The position numbers and the translations under genes were made by a program. 64,000 nt of DNA, taken from Octopus bimaculoides (taxonomy: Eukaryota). Below the pieces are notes generated by a model, which saw nothing but the letters and a program-made list of their open reading frames with translations, was not told the DNA's origin and ran no database searches. Positions 26,550-40,433 of this stretch are shown in pieces; position 1 is the stretch's first letter; the number at the start of each line of letters is the position of its first letter. Location of the stretch: the NCBI RefSeq assembly GCF_001194135.2, contig NC_069003.1, positions 19,670,188 through 19,734,187 of the forward strand. The letters run 5' to 3'.

Positions 26550-26595
<46 letters not shown>

Positions 26596-26605
26596 NNNNN
26601 NNNNN

Positions 26606-26657
<52 letters not shown>

Positions 26658-28639
26658 CCTAGCATTTGACTGGTACTTCACTGATCTTCACATCCCTATC
26701 CCTGATAGGATGAAAAGCAAGGGTGACCTTGGCAGGATTTGAACTTAGAATATAAGCAACTAGAACAAATACAACAAACCTATATTACACTTTAATGCTT
26801 CTTCAGGGACCATAGACACACGCACACACTTTGTGCACACACACATGCACACTCATACATATATAATTATTTTTACATATTTATAATACCAACAAATACA
26901 CACATATCTATTCCCATAAAAATAGTGTTTGATGATTATCAAAATTATTCATCGAGAAAGGATATTTACTTTGAAGTGTATATTCCTTGACAGCTCTAGC
27001 TCATGAATATAAAGATTGTTATTTAGTTATTTATTTATTTTGTAATATGTGCATGCATCTTGTATATGTATAAATATTTTATAAAATGGTATATACAATT
27101 ATTTCCTGATATATGTATATTTTTATATAGCCTTTCTCTCTCTCTCTTTCTCTCTCTATGTATGTGTGTGTGTGTGTGTGTGCACACGTGCTGACGCACA
27201 CACACACACATACATATATATCAAATCTACGAAATCTCATTGATGACTCAATAGAGAAACACTGCTCAGAAATTCCTTTGTATGCTGTTTTGAATCCTAT
27301 CAACCTATCAATAAATATCCTATGAGAAACCAAGTCTGTGGTGGGAAGAATGCTAAAGGCCTGATCTAAATTCCTCCGAATTCCTGTGTTTTACTTCTGT
27401 CCCACTGAATTAGAGCCCTGCCACAAGAGTCAACTGAGTTGCCTTTCAACCTTCCATATTGTCAAAAAAAGTAACATTTATCATCTCTAAGTTCTTCTTG
27501 TTTAATCACCAGAACAGATCTGATCATACTCACCTATGACTAGATTTCTTGTCATGACCAAATGTTGGAGCTTGTAAGTGATCACTTGTTCTATTAGAAA
27601 TAGGAACTAAACCACCCTCAAATTGCATCCTGCTCTCTTAGGAAAAAATAATAACTAGATGTTATTGTTGTTGTTTGTCTCCATGTCAACCCTACCTCAG
27701 TGATGGGTGGGAGAGGTGTGGACAACAGCAGAAAGAGACATGGCACTTTTCTTTTGACCACTTCTATACTGAGTTAAACAAGGATACAAAGAAAAATAAG
27801 GCTCTAAGTGTGTCGTTGTATTGCATGTCAATGTGTATGTATGTCTGTGTTGTGTGTGTGTGTATGTTTATGAATGTGCACACACCTGTATTGTGTGTCT
27901 ATGGGAGGAGCATGTTCTTTTAGTACTTTTAACCATTGAACTCTGGCCATGCTGGGGCTCTACCTTCATGAGGATATATATATATAGATCCTTGTTGGCA
28001 CCACCGAAAAGCAACATGAAAGCACCATGTAAAAAGCACCCAGTGCTCATCGTAAATTGGTTAGCATTAGGAAGAGCATCCAGCTGAAGAAATCATGCCA
28101 AAACAGATGATTGGGGCATGGTGCAGCCCTCTGACTTACCAGTTCCTGTTAAGCCATTCAACCCATGCCAGAATGGAAAACAGGTGTTAAATGATGATGA
28201 CGATCAATTACATTAACCCCCAACACATGTTTCAGTTACTGTTTGTTGAACAGCTAAGTTACAAGACATAAAAAAATAAACCATAATCACAACGCCAGTC
28301 AACTAGTATAGACATAAACACTGATACACATCAACATTATTTGTTTTTCCATGCTAGCATGGGTTAAATGAATGCCCTGGATACCCTTCCTGCCACTAAC
28401 ACTTACCAGTTGTTCAAGTGAGGGATCTCTTATTTCATATGTCTTGGAAGGTATGAAGTTAGTGAATGAACTGCAGACAGTGAAAATGACAACAATATAA
28501 CTGCTTGTAACTGAACAATTTCAAGGGAAGTGCAAATATAGGGAAATTCACACACATGATTAGATAATTCTCTCTCTCTATCTCTATCTCTCTCTCTCTC
28601 TCTGTATGTATGTATGTATGTATGCATATTCTTTTACTT

Positions 28640-28750
28640 TTTACTTGTTTCAGTCATTTGACTGTGGCCATGCTGGAGCACTGCCTTAAAGAGTTCTATT
28701 GGTATCTTTTGCCAAACTGTTAAATTATAGGGACAGGAAGACTAACAGTG

Positions 28751-28781
<31 letters not shown>

Positions 28782-28935
28782 CATATTTGAATTTCCATCG
28801 ATCAAAATCCACTCACAAGGGTTTGGTCGGTCTGAGGCTATATCACAAGACACTTGCCCAAGGTGCTACGCAGTGGGACTGAACCGGGAACCATGAAGTT
28901 GGGAAGCTAGCTTCTTACCACACAGCCACATCCGC
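28640..28935 (-). mobile_element. SINE family B, followed by RTE-tail elements to ~29230
   Basis: cttgtttcagtcatttgactgtggccatgctggagca...gcagtgggactgaaccgggaaccatg. Confidence 0.85.
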
Positions 28936-30579
28936 ACCTATCACCACCATCATCATTCTTTAACGTCCGACGGGGGAATGGCAAACCAGATGGCTACATC
29001 AGACTCCAATCTGATCTGGCAGAGTTTCTACAGTTCGATGGCCTTCCTAATGCCAACCACTTCGAGAGTGTAGTGGGTGCTTTTTACGTATATATATAAA
29101 TCATCATTGTCATCATCATTTAATGTCCACTTTCTATGCTGACATGGGTTGGATGGTTTAATTGAAGCTGGCAAACCAGAGGACTGTGCCAAGTATGCTT
29201 TGATCTGCTTTCTATGGTTGGATGCCCTTACACACTACACAAGCACATGCATGCACACACACACACACAATGGGCTTCTTTCAGTGTCCATCTACCAAAT
29301 TCACTGACAAAGTTTCAGTCAGCCAAGGACTATAGAAGACATTTGCTCAAGGTGTCACAAGGTGAGGCTGAACCCAAAACCACATGGTTGGGTAAAGTAC
29401 TTAATACTTTAGTAGAGTATAATAGTGTATGAACAGTTTTCTTCTCCGTCGGGACTAACAACAGGCTGGGCAAGATTTAGAGTAACAGGCCAAAGGAGCA
29501 ACCTAAATCAACTCTGTGTGTGTGTGTGTGTGTGTGTGTCTTCACACACATGTACACAATGGGTACTTGCACAGATGAGTTTTCCCCACAAAAGGCACTG
29601 ACCACCCCAACGCTGTCACAGGAGACACTTGCTCAATGTGCCACACAGTGAGTTGGCACCTGGAACCAGGTGATTATGAAGTGAACTAATTACCCACACA
29701 GCCATCCTTCTGGTAACGGTTGAACTCTTTATGGTAAATATGTATCTACATTTTCTAATTTTTTTTAGCAGACTATTTTGTGTAGATACACAAAGCCAAT
29801 TCCACAGTAAGTAAAGTGTATTCAACCTAAGGCAGCTCCTCAGTCCTCAATCTTTTATTCACATCATGTTGCTTTGTGTATCTGCATAATCACTTTATAT
29901 ATTCATTTATTTGAAATATCTAAACACACGTGTGTCTGGGTGTGCATATGGAATGGTGGTACATATGTGTACACAATATATATATTGTAAGGTTGGAATT
30001 ATTGGATATTTGCCAATACAACAAACCCAGCCAACTCATGTCAACACTGAAAAGCAAACATTAATATATAACAATAGTAATGTATGCATGCATAAGCATA
30101 TTATAAATGAATATAATTCATATATGATATCTATGTAAATGTATATAGGCTTGTGTAGTATATACATATACATAACAATACATGTGCGCGCGCGCGCGTG
30201 TGTGTGTGTGTGTGTGTGTAATCAATATCTGAGGGCTTAGTAAGTGTAAATGTCTTAAAAGCCTACTTCCCAATCACGGGGGCCCAGGTTTGTTACTATG
30301 ACACAGCACCCAAGGAAAGTGTCCCATACTACATCTCTGGATCAATCCAAGCCTTGTGAGTGAAATTGGACAGGCAGAAACTATGGAAGCCCATCAGATA
30401 AACTATATCTGTAATTTAAAAAGCCAATCTTGTCACACACAAATTTACAATGATTTTTACTTGAGGGTTATATTAAATACACCAGCATCTGTACCCTGTA
30501 GTATTTGTTTTCTGTGTTCTGTGTTCAAATCCTGTTGAGGTCAACTTTGCTTTCTTTCCAGTGTTGATAAAATATATCA

Positions 30580-31680
30580 TCATCATTATTTAACGTTCAT
30601 TTTCCATGCAGGCATGGGTTGGACGGTTTGACTGAAAACTGGTAAGCTGGGGAGCTGTACCAGTTCCAATCTGATTTGGCATGATTTCTACAGGTGGATG
30701 CCCTTTCCGATGCCAACCACTCTGAAAGTATAGTGGGTGCTTTTTATGAGCCAGTTACAAAACACTGCTATTGGCCACAATTACAATCTCACTTGGCTTG
30801 ACAGGTCTTCTCAAGCACAGCATATCACCCAATGTCTGAAGGGTGCTTTTTGCATGTCACCAGCATGAGTACTAGTTACAGGACACTGGCATTGGCCATG
30901 ACCGCAATTTCACTTGGCTTCATGGATCTTCTTCTCAAGCACAGCATATTGCCAAAGGTCTCAGTCATTTGCCATTGCCTCCATGAGGCCCAACATTCAA
31001 AGATCATACTACATCACTTTGTCCCATGTCTTCCTGGGTCTACCTCTTCCACAAGTTCCCTCCACATTTAGAGATCATCCATACACATTACATGGCCATA
31101 CTAGTGCAATCATCTCTCTTGTGCACCACATTGGATGCTTCTTAGGTACAACTTTTCTCTCATGAAGCTTACAGTCTATTGTACATGCACACTGATTGTA
31201 CATCCAGTGAAACATACTAGCTTCATTTCTTTCAAGCTTTTACATGTCCTTGGCAGTCACAGCCCATGTTTCACTGCCATGTAACAGGGCTGTTCACACA
31301 CAGGCATCATACAATCTGCTTTTCACTCTGAAAGAGAGGCCCTTTGTTACTAACAGAGGTAAGGGCTCTCTGAACTGTGCCCAGCCTATTCTTATTCTAA
31401 CAGCTATGCTCTCGGAGCATCTACCTTCGCTACTGACTTGGTCACTTCGGTAATGAACGCTATCAACTACTTTTAGTTTTCCCCCCTGGCATTTGATGCA
31501 GTCTATTTTCTGTACATCTTTAGTGTTAATTGTACCTGTGCACCTTCCACACACAATAACTATTTTCCCTGTTAACCTTCCTCTGATATGCTGCACTTCT
31601 CATGTGTCCATAGCTTATACTGGATGCATCTTATGGAGTTACTATGCCTTTTCTACAAATCGAGCAGGGCCATCTAATTT
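30580..31680 (-). mobile_element. RTE LINE 3' fragment with tail; internal ~140-bp duplication at the ORF end
   Basis: GGKLKVVDSVHYRSDQVSSEGRCSESIAVRIRIGWAQFREPLPLLVTKGLSFRVKSRLYDACV. The unit cacttggctt...ttctcaagcacagcatat occurs twice (~30790, ~30920). Confidence 0.85.
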
Positions 31681-31989
31681 ACCCCATCAAATACTGGGGT
31701 AAATTTAATTGACTGTTCTCTTCCACTAAAATAAGCCATGTTCCTATGTGAGAAATCATTACTATTTACTGATATTTTAAAACTAGTATCCTTATTTAGG
31801 TTGTTATATTTGCAATATTTCAATCATTGTTTCTATTAGCCTTCTTCAGAGAACAATGGCTGAAACATAGTGAAACAAGCATGATGAGGACACTGGTTTG
31901 AATATAAGAGTGTTTAATAATGAAAATTCCAAATCTCAGAAATTCAGACAATATATGTACCCACTGTCAGTCACTTACCCTATCTTGAA

Positions 31990-32270
31990 CTTACTGCTTC
32001 ACTAAAGTGATGTCTAGTAGCTGACTTTCTAGAAGCCCACAAGATTATCTACCATCTTTCCAACAAAAACTGTGGCCACTTTTTTCCAAAACCTCTACCA
32101 CATGCAATAAATTCCTGAAATTCCTCAACACTACTCCTGACATGCTCTTGCACACTTTCTTTCCTCTTTTACTGTTCACTTTACGGTCTTTTTGTGTTTC
32201 ATTCTGTAAAGGTGCATGTACTTTTCGCTTTCATTCTTGTCTTTCTTTACTTGACTTCACTTGACCTAAC
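31990..32270 (+). mobile_element. CR1-like 3' end
   Basis: Parallels 1870-1930 and 2190-2310. Confidence 0.6.
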
Positions 32271-33316
32271 AGAATATCCAAGATGGGACAACTACTAAGA
32301 CAGAGAGGGCTGCACCAGTACTAGGGTTGTACTGACTTTCAGTTGAGCAGACTGGAGCAACATGAAATGAAGTGTCTTGCTCAAGGATTCAATGTAAAGT
32401 CCAGTCCAGAAATCGAACCCAAAACCTTATAATGATGAGTCCATCAACCTAACCATGAGGCCAACCTATAATTACAAGGATTAACCTTCTTACACAGTGT
32501 CACAAGATTTTACATTCATGATTACAACTATATGTGTGGAATACTCAGCCACTTATAATTCAATGAACTTGAAGTTCTATTGATCAAACACCTGAAATAC
32601 TCAAACTGGCAACAGATGCCTTTAAAAATCAATATATACACATATATGTATGTACATACACATGTAAGCTGAATCGAAACACCTTCCCCTGTATGCTACA
32701 CCAACAACGCAATTATCAAAAAACATGAGAATCCAGAAAAGAAACTAAAATTATTACAAAATATTTATCAGTTGCTTTCATTAAATTTTTTTAAATAATT
32801 AATTAAAAATATTAAAATATTAAAATAAAAGCAACATTTTAAAGATAAAAACTGAGAAGTAATGAATAATTCACAGGTATTTATCAATTAATTATCAGAT
32901 TAAGTGTTTTCAATTATAAGGATCAGAGTTGGCAGAGTTGACAGGTGTTGGACTACAAGGTGGACAATGGATAATTCATACCCTGCTGATAGCCAAGACA
33001 CATGGTTCATGTTGTCTTAACCCATCAGTTATAAGTATTTTGTTACTTTTTAATTAGTAGGGTTTGATTTGAGGGAGATTTGGTTGCACTTTCTAGCAGA
33101 CCAAATGAAAGGTCTCCTCTTTCTTTGGTACCATAACCCTCACTTCCAGGATACCAGTTGAAATATGTGTTATCTTTCAATCCCCATGTGAGAAATATCG
33201 ACCTGACTTCCTAATAAAGACCAGACAAGGTGAGGAAGAGGCGAGTAGAAGTAGCTATATGTGCTGTGTGCATGTTTGCATGCATAAGTGAGTATGTATG
33301 CATACATGCAGAACAG

Positions 33317-33558
33317 TGGTGCACTGCAATGGGGTATCTCAGTGCACCATGGATTTTTAAAAATATATAATCTAAAACTTTAGAAAATCCATACTAACGC
33401 TTGAGAGTTTTGAAAAAACAGTTAGTTATGATTTTGTTAAGCAGGAATATAATTAATAAAATATGGTAATAAATAGTTTATATATATCTTTTTAATTTCC
33501 AACTTTTAAAATGTGTTTTTCTTTTTTTTTTGTCCTGCTTCCCATACAAAGTGCACCA
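33317..33558. mobile_element. MITE-like element with a terminal hairpin
   Basis: tggtgcactgcaatggg (33317) versus cccatacaaagtgcacca (33541-33558). Local 10-bp perfect stem at 33317-33349. Confidence 0.5.
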
Positions 33559-33769
33559 GTAATTTTTAGTTTTCAATGCAATATTTTGTTTGATCTCAGA
33601 TGCATCTGGAAATCTAAAATATTGAGAAGCAGATGTTCCTGACAAGCATTACTTTAACATACGCATGACTAACATGTACAACTATAGAAAATTAAATATA
33701 AAATGTTTCATGTTGCACTAGGTCCAAAGCAAATGTAAGCGACAGAAAGGGATATTTATAGCACAATGT

Positions 33770-34332
33770 GCAACAAATCACTAATACTAATAATGCCCGG
33801 ATGCAGTACCAGGCAGTGGCTCTCATGGTTTCTGATCCCAACTGATTGGAAGTGTTGTCATGTAAACGTTTAAAAACATGGTATAAAAGAGGGGCTACAG
33901 CAAATATTCTGCTCAAAACCACAGATTGGCTTGTTAGTTCCTTGAGCCTATCAGTGGCTGACGATATGTGCATCTCTGATCACAAGCAGAAGTATTGGGG
34001 GAGCATCATAGCCATGTGTTGAAAGGAATTCTTTGGGGCTTGAATAATTCACCACTGGAAACATGGGTGTTTCGTTCAACATCCTTAAACAAGCCTTAAC
34101 TGGGGACCTTTTGAGCAGGGTGAGCTACTCAACCATTAGAAAATTCTAACTGGGCCCCACTTGCAAGGTCATGTGCTGCTTATCTTGATATAAAATTAAC
34201 CTGTCACACACATATAGTTGTGTGCCTGGTATACCCTTATCAGATGAGTAGTCATAATGGTTATATTGGGTTTCATATATTTGTACCCCAGTGTCACTTT
34301 GATGGCATGCGATGCTCTCTCACTCAATAATG

Positions 34333-34368
<36 letters not shown>

Positions 34369-34940
34369 TAATCTCAAGGCATGAAATTTAATGGAGGTGG
34401 GAGCAGTCAACTAAATTTACCCAAATATTTAACTGCTACTTTAGATTAATTTGTCAGTTGCTTAACTTTAATCAGTTGAGCACATTCCTTGGTGGCTGAT
34501 GATATGTGCATCATTGATCACAAGTAGGAGAGCATCATCACCAGATGTTAAGAGGAATTCTTTGGGATTTGAATAATTCACCCTTGGAAACATGGGTGTT
34601 TTGTTCATCATCCTTAAACAACCCTTATTCAGAGACCTTTAGAATGAAATAGGCTACTCAACCTGAAAAAAATTCTGCACCATTTATCTTGATATGAGAC
34701 CACCATGTCATGCACATACGGTTGTGGTGTATGTGCCTGGTGAACCCTTATCTGACAGGTCGTCCTGTTAGTATATTGGGTTTATATATTTGTACCCCAG
34801 TGTCACTTTGATGGTGTGTACTACTCTCTCACTCATGTGCCTAGAAAACCTTTATCAGATGGATAGTCATGTTGGGTATATTAGATTTCATATATTTGTA
34901 CCCAAGCAACAGTTTGCCACTCTCTCACTCAATAATAATA
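33770..34940 (+). mobile_element. Two tandem copies of a ~500-bp interspersed repeat ending in (AAT)n
   Basis: gtggctga(c/t)gatatgtgcatc...ggaattctttggg...ggaaacatgggtgttt...tttgtaccccagtgtcactttgatgg...ctctctcactcaataat occurs twice. Confidence 0.75.
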
Positions 34941-35789
34941 ATGGTTTCAAATTTTGGGCACAAGGTCAGCATTTCCGGGGGGGGGGGGTCAGTTACATCG
35001 ACCCCCAGTGCTCAACTGGTACTTAATTTATTAACCCCAAAAGGATGAAAGTTGACCTCAGTGGAATTTGAATTCAGAATGTAAAGACAAATGAAATGCT
35101 GCTAAGCATTTTGTCTGGCATGCTAACAAAATGATTCTGCCAGCTTGCTACCTTACTATATAATAATAGGGTTGGACAATTTGACTGAGGACTGGTGAAT
35201 CAGATGGCTAAATCAGATTGGAGCCTGGTGTAGCCATCTGGTTCACCAGTCCTCAGTCAAATCGTCCAACCTATGCTAGCATGGAAAGCGGACGTTAAAC
35301 GATGATGATGATGATGATAATAATGATGATAATAATTATAATAGTAGTTTCTTTTATTGGACACAAGGACCCAAGACACTTGGGAGAGTACAAAAGTGAG
35401 AAACAATAAAAAGAAACTACAAATGTGTTGAGAGAGTTACATTGAGTAAAAGGGTGAGATTGACAACAGCAACTGCCTTGCTTTGTGCCCTTAACTCCTT
35501 GGAGTTGTATGGGCACTGTTGTCCTATGCAGTATGTTTCGGGCATTCTTTTCCAAGTCTGAACACAACTAATTTCTTACACACACACACATGCACAGAGG
35601 CACAGAGAGACAGAGAATTCCACCCCAGTACAGGATTGGTGTTTTATTGACCCTGAGAGGATGGAAGGCAAGATGGACCTTAGCAGGATTTGAACTCAGA
35701 GTGCAGAAAGTGTGAAGTAATCTGATGCCTTAATAACCACACCATCTGGCTGCCTACGTCAATAACTACAACAATATAGACACATTAAA

Positions 35790-37150
35790 AAAAAAAAAGA
35801 TTTAAAAAAAGCAATATAAAAGAATAAAAAAGCTAATTCCCCCAAATGGGGCAGCCGTAGATGACCTAAGAGAAGAGCCTTCTCCCGGTTCTTGTCCCAA
35901 ACCTACAGCCATATAGTCAGAGTAGCACTATTTAGCTATATCTATTTCATCACTCTTACTCATATTTCATAAAATTTATTGGAGTACAGCATTTCCTCCT
36001 CTACTCTTACATTCCTCAAGTGGTACTTGAAGAAATTTATGAAGGTTTCACCTGAAACACAAAACTCTCTCCTCAAACCTTTCAACTACATCTACTACAT
36101 AAACTTCTTTTACCATAACCACTCTGAAATGTAAACTACCTGCTCTTCTTTGACAAAGGTGAAGGGTTGGTAGATTCAGTTGACAGCCAGATCAATCTCG
36201 CATGACAGCTGTTCAACATAAACCCACCAATTAACAATGCACTTAACAAGTGCACTGGATGGAATTGTCACACTCTATACATCACAGACAGGTTTGGTAG
36301 CTGGCAGTTCTATTATGACCATACCTGTAGAGTCTATCTTGACCAAACTAAGTTTTCCTTTAGCACTACCAAGCCAAAGACTCTTAGTAATTTTTTATAC
36401 TTTCTGACCAGACATCCTCATCCTCATCACTACCAGATCATTACTGCTTAAACCTTCCACTAACACTCAACAAAATGCAAGGGTTGATAGTTTTCACGCC
36501 ACACTGACCAATAATGCTGTCCAACATTAACTGAATAAAGATTTACAGCAACAATAATGGCTTCTCTCACTCAACTGTTGTTCTCCAATTGAAAGGTACA
36601 TGTTTAGAGTAGTTCCATTCAACCAAATCATTCTTGCCAGTTACCTACTTTCTGACTAATTCACTGGAAAAGAGCACATTCCACTCCACCCTCACTTTTC
36701 TTTTCAAGTGAAAGGTGTCTACTCTCAGTCTTTCAGGCTCACCAACCACACAACTTCTTTCACCATTGCAATGAGACAGAGAGATGCTGACCTGCCTTGT
36801 TATGGGTGATCCTCATGATCTATGGCTGATTGTCAGATTTGTTTTACACATGACAACAGCTATTCGACATAACTCCACAAGTCAGTAATGCATGGTAACT
36901 GAATGCATACATGCAGCATGGTATTGTCACACAGTATGCATCTCAGACAGTCCTGTCTGATGTCATTTTTGTACCTGTAGAGTGTATCTCAAACTGCAGA
37001 TGCCCTCTGCAGCATTGCAGACCAAGGATATCTGGAAGTTATCTATAATAGTCCCCAACCTAAAAATATTCTGGAATAGACCAGCTAATTCATTCTTGTC
37101 AATACCTAAAATTTCCTTAATATTTTCTAACAACTGCACACAGTTAGATA
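35790..37150 (-). mobile_element. L1/Tx1-like LINE 3' fragments (zinc-knuckle C-terminus)
   Basis: Minus strand reads DCLRCILCDNTMLHVCIQLPCITDLWSYVE, CLIAMVKEVVW, FHLKRKVRVEW and a second FFKYHLRNVRV; many stops. Confidence 0.55.
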
Positions 37151-39271
37151 TCTTGAGGGGAGGGGAAAAGTCAATTAGTTTAATCCCACTGTTTTCTTGT
37201 TACTTATTTAATCAACCCCAGGAGGTTGAAAAACAAAAATCAACCTTATTAAGATTTGAAATTACAACATCAATAGCTGTAATTAAATAAATGCCGCAAG
37301 GTATTTTGTTTGATGCTCTAATGATTCTATCAATAGCCATAACATCCACTCTCAAGTTAGTAGGACCTGGTAGCATGTACCATGGTTTTATTAATTTGTT
37401 TTTAGGTACCTATGTAATCATGAGCAAATATAGAGAATCTCTCAGTCCTTACACCCTTAATTCAGCAGAACATTGAATATATGACAGTTGGAGGGAGAGA
37501 GGCCTAAACTAGCATTCAGCTGGTACTCATTTTCAGCTGCGTTGACTGGAACAATGTGAAATAAAGTACATAGCACAATAGTAAAAGCTGTCACATGGTC
37601 CATGAATTGAACTCACAATCTTAAGATTGCGAGCCCAACATGCTAACCAATCGGCCCAAACCTCAACAAAATAAAACAGAGCTATCTTAAGGCATGGGGC
37701 ACACTGGATATTGCCTGGGGCTGATACAAGACTAGGGCCCAATTCTGATCTATGTATGTCGTGACTTGCTGTTATTAAATAAAAACTATAGGGTCAAGTG
37801 CATTGATATGCTATGCAGGAAGGCAAGAGGCAGAATGTTGCTAGGACAACTTTGTATACAAATAGATGTCTAAGACTCTTAAAAAGACAGTGGTGCATAA
37901 GAATGCACCTGGTGATGCAGTTGAAGTTTGCAAGTATAAATAACACAGATGTGAATGCATGATTGAGAAGTGATGATGGAAATATTTTTGGAACATAATA
38001 TTTTTCCTGCTTTACTTATGGAAAAGAAAATGAGAATCGAATCGATCAACTATCATCTAAAGTAAATTTAGCAGCAACGTTAGTTCACAAGAAACCAGTA
38101 TTATTCTTTTTATTTAAAAAAAAATATCAATTTAAGCTTTAAAGTAGAATTGCAATTAAATTTTGTTTCCAACAAAATTCTGTAAAACAAATAATAAAAA
38201 AATAATTTTGTTTTGCGGGTATGCAAAAAAAGGTAAGAAAATTTACAACTTATGTTTACAAATTATATGAAGACAATAATTAAAATAATATATTTCACTA
38301 AGTTAATTTAAATTTCTAATTATATATACATACCTACAAGCATACCTAAATACATACATATATATACATATGTATAGATCTACCTATGTACATATATATA
38401 NNNNNNNNNNNNNNNNNNNNNNNNNNNNNNNNNNNNNNNNNNNNNNNNNNNNNNNNNNNNNNNNNNNNNNNNNNNNNNNNNNNNNNNNNNNNNNNNNNNN
38501 NNNNNNNNNNNNNNNNNNNNNNNNNNNNNNNNNNNNNNNNNNNNNNNNNNNNNNNNNNNNNNNNNNNNNNNNNNNNNNNNNNNNNNNNNNNNNNNNNNNN
38601 NNNNNNNNNNNNNNNNNNNNNNNNNNNNNNNNNNNNNNNNNNNNNNNNNNNNNNNNNNNNNNNNNNNNNNNNNNNNNNNNNNNNNNNNNNNNNNNNNNNN
38701 NNNNNNNNNNNNNNNNNNNNNNNNNNNNNNNNNNNNNNNNNNNNNNNNNNNNNNNNNNNNNNNNNNNNNNNNNNNNNNNNNNNNNNNNNNNNNNNNNNNN
38801 NNNNNNNNNNNNNNNNNNNNNNNNNNNNNNNNNNNNNNNNNNNNNNNNNNNNNNNNNNNNNNNNNNNNNNNNNNNNNNNNNNNNNNNNNNNNNNNNNNNN
38901 NNNNNNNNNNNNNNNNNNNNNNNNNNNNNNNNNNNNNNNNNNNNNNNNNNNNNNNNNNNNNNNNNNNNNNNNNNNNNNNNNNNNNNNNNNNNNNNNNNNN
39001 NNNNNNNNNNNNNNNNNNNNNNNNNNNNNNNNNNNNNNNNNNNNNNNNNNNNNNNNNNNNNNNNNNNNNNNNNNNNNNNNNNNNNNNNNNNNNNNNNNNN
39101 NNNNNNNNNNNNNNNNNNNNNNNNNNNNNNNNNNNNNNNNNNNNNNNNNNNNNNNNNNNNNNNNNNNNNNNNNNNNNNNNNNNNNNNNNNNNNNNNNNNN
39201 NNNNNNNNNNNNNNNNNNNNNNNNNNNNNNNNNNNNNNNNNNNNNNNNNNNNNNNNNNNNNNNNNNNNNNN

Positions 39272-39315
<44 letters not shown>

Positions 39316-39708
39316 CACATACATACACACACCATTTTATGACAGATTCTATGTGGTCTATCAATCTGCTAAAATTATAGTCAAATTTCATTCAAACAAC
39401 ACCCTACAGTCTTAAAAAAGAACAGACACATTGCACGTGTAGAAAAAAATAGGACAATCTCAGCAAAAATACCTTTGATCATAAATCTACCCAATCAGGG
39501 CTAACCATGGGCTGAATAACAACAATAACAACAACACTGTATATTATTCTATAGTACAGTTTAGATTTCAAAACATCCAATGTTTCTACATCAGCAATTT
39601 AATGGATTTGGAAATCAAACACCAGCACACACACTTTCGATACCACTTGAATATTCTCAAATTAGTCATTAATAGCCTCTATAAGTACGCCTGCATATAT
39701 ATATAGAA

Positions 39709-39752
<44 letters not shown>

Positions 39753-40301
39753 GCGTGTGTCCTATAACTAGGTTACATATTAATGTGTATAAGTAAAATA
39801 TATATATACATATATATATATATATTTGTATATATATTTTTTTATATATATATATATGCACACGCCCATGCATACACACAGGCACACACACAAACAAACA
39901 TACACATGCAAATACAAATAGTTACACGTAAGTGTTAATCACAAATAACAGAAGTTTGTACCACACGCATGACACATCACACACATTACATTCACATGCT
40001 TGTATGTGAATCATTGACTGGAGTCTACTTCTAACATAAACACATGGATAGAAGAAAGAAAAATATTCAAGTTCTTGTTGGAAATAGAAATGAAGATGAA
40101 AATATTTTTATAATACACACACAAAAATACCTAAACCCCCCACCAGACACACACAAACAGACAAACACAAAACACACACACAACTTTGCCTTCATCTAAC
40201 AGAAAGCAGAAGTAAAAAAACGTGGTTTGTTAAGCAATGAAAGGGCAGATGGAAGAAAGGAAGAAAAAGAAATGGAAGTGGAAAGACTCCCATTTACATA
40301 C

Positions 40302-40433
40302 CGGCTCTACCCTAGAAATGGGTCTGGATTTTCTTGGGCGACCCCTATTCTCTGGTTTCATGAAATACATTGATGCAACAAACAATCCACATATTGCATC
40401 ATGATAGGATCGGCTGAGTGGTAAATCCATCAT
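40302..40433 (-). CDS. Candidate alternative first coding exon (44 aa) of the same minus-strand gene
   Basis: ATG-initiated frame MMDLPLSRSYHDAICGLFVASMYFMKPENRGRPRKSRPISRVEP ends at CCG|GTATGT, a phase-0 donor compatible with the phase-0 acceptor at 6234. The sequence is non-repetitive and retains CpGs. No homology recognised. Confidence 0.4.

Noticed and set aside
27240-27262. TTGATGA-ctc-aata-ga-GAAAC, a hammerhead-like remnant
   Set aside because: C3 is mutated, and there is no helix III, NUH triplet or helix I. At best a dead relic.
31826-31856. Minus-strand CTGAAGA-aggctaata-GAAAC
   Set aside because: Helix II is incomplete and there is no cleavage-site helix.
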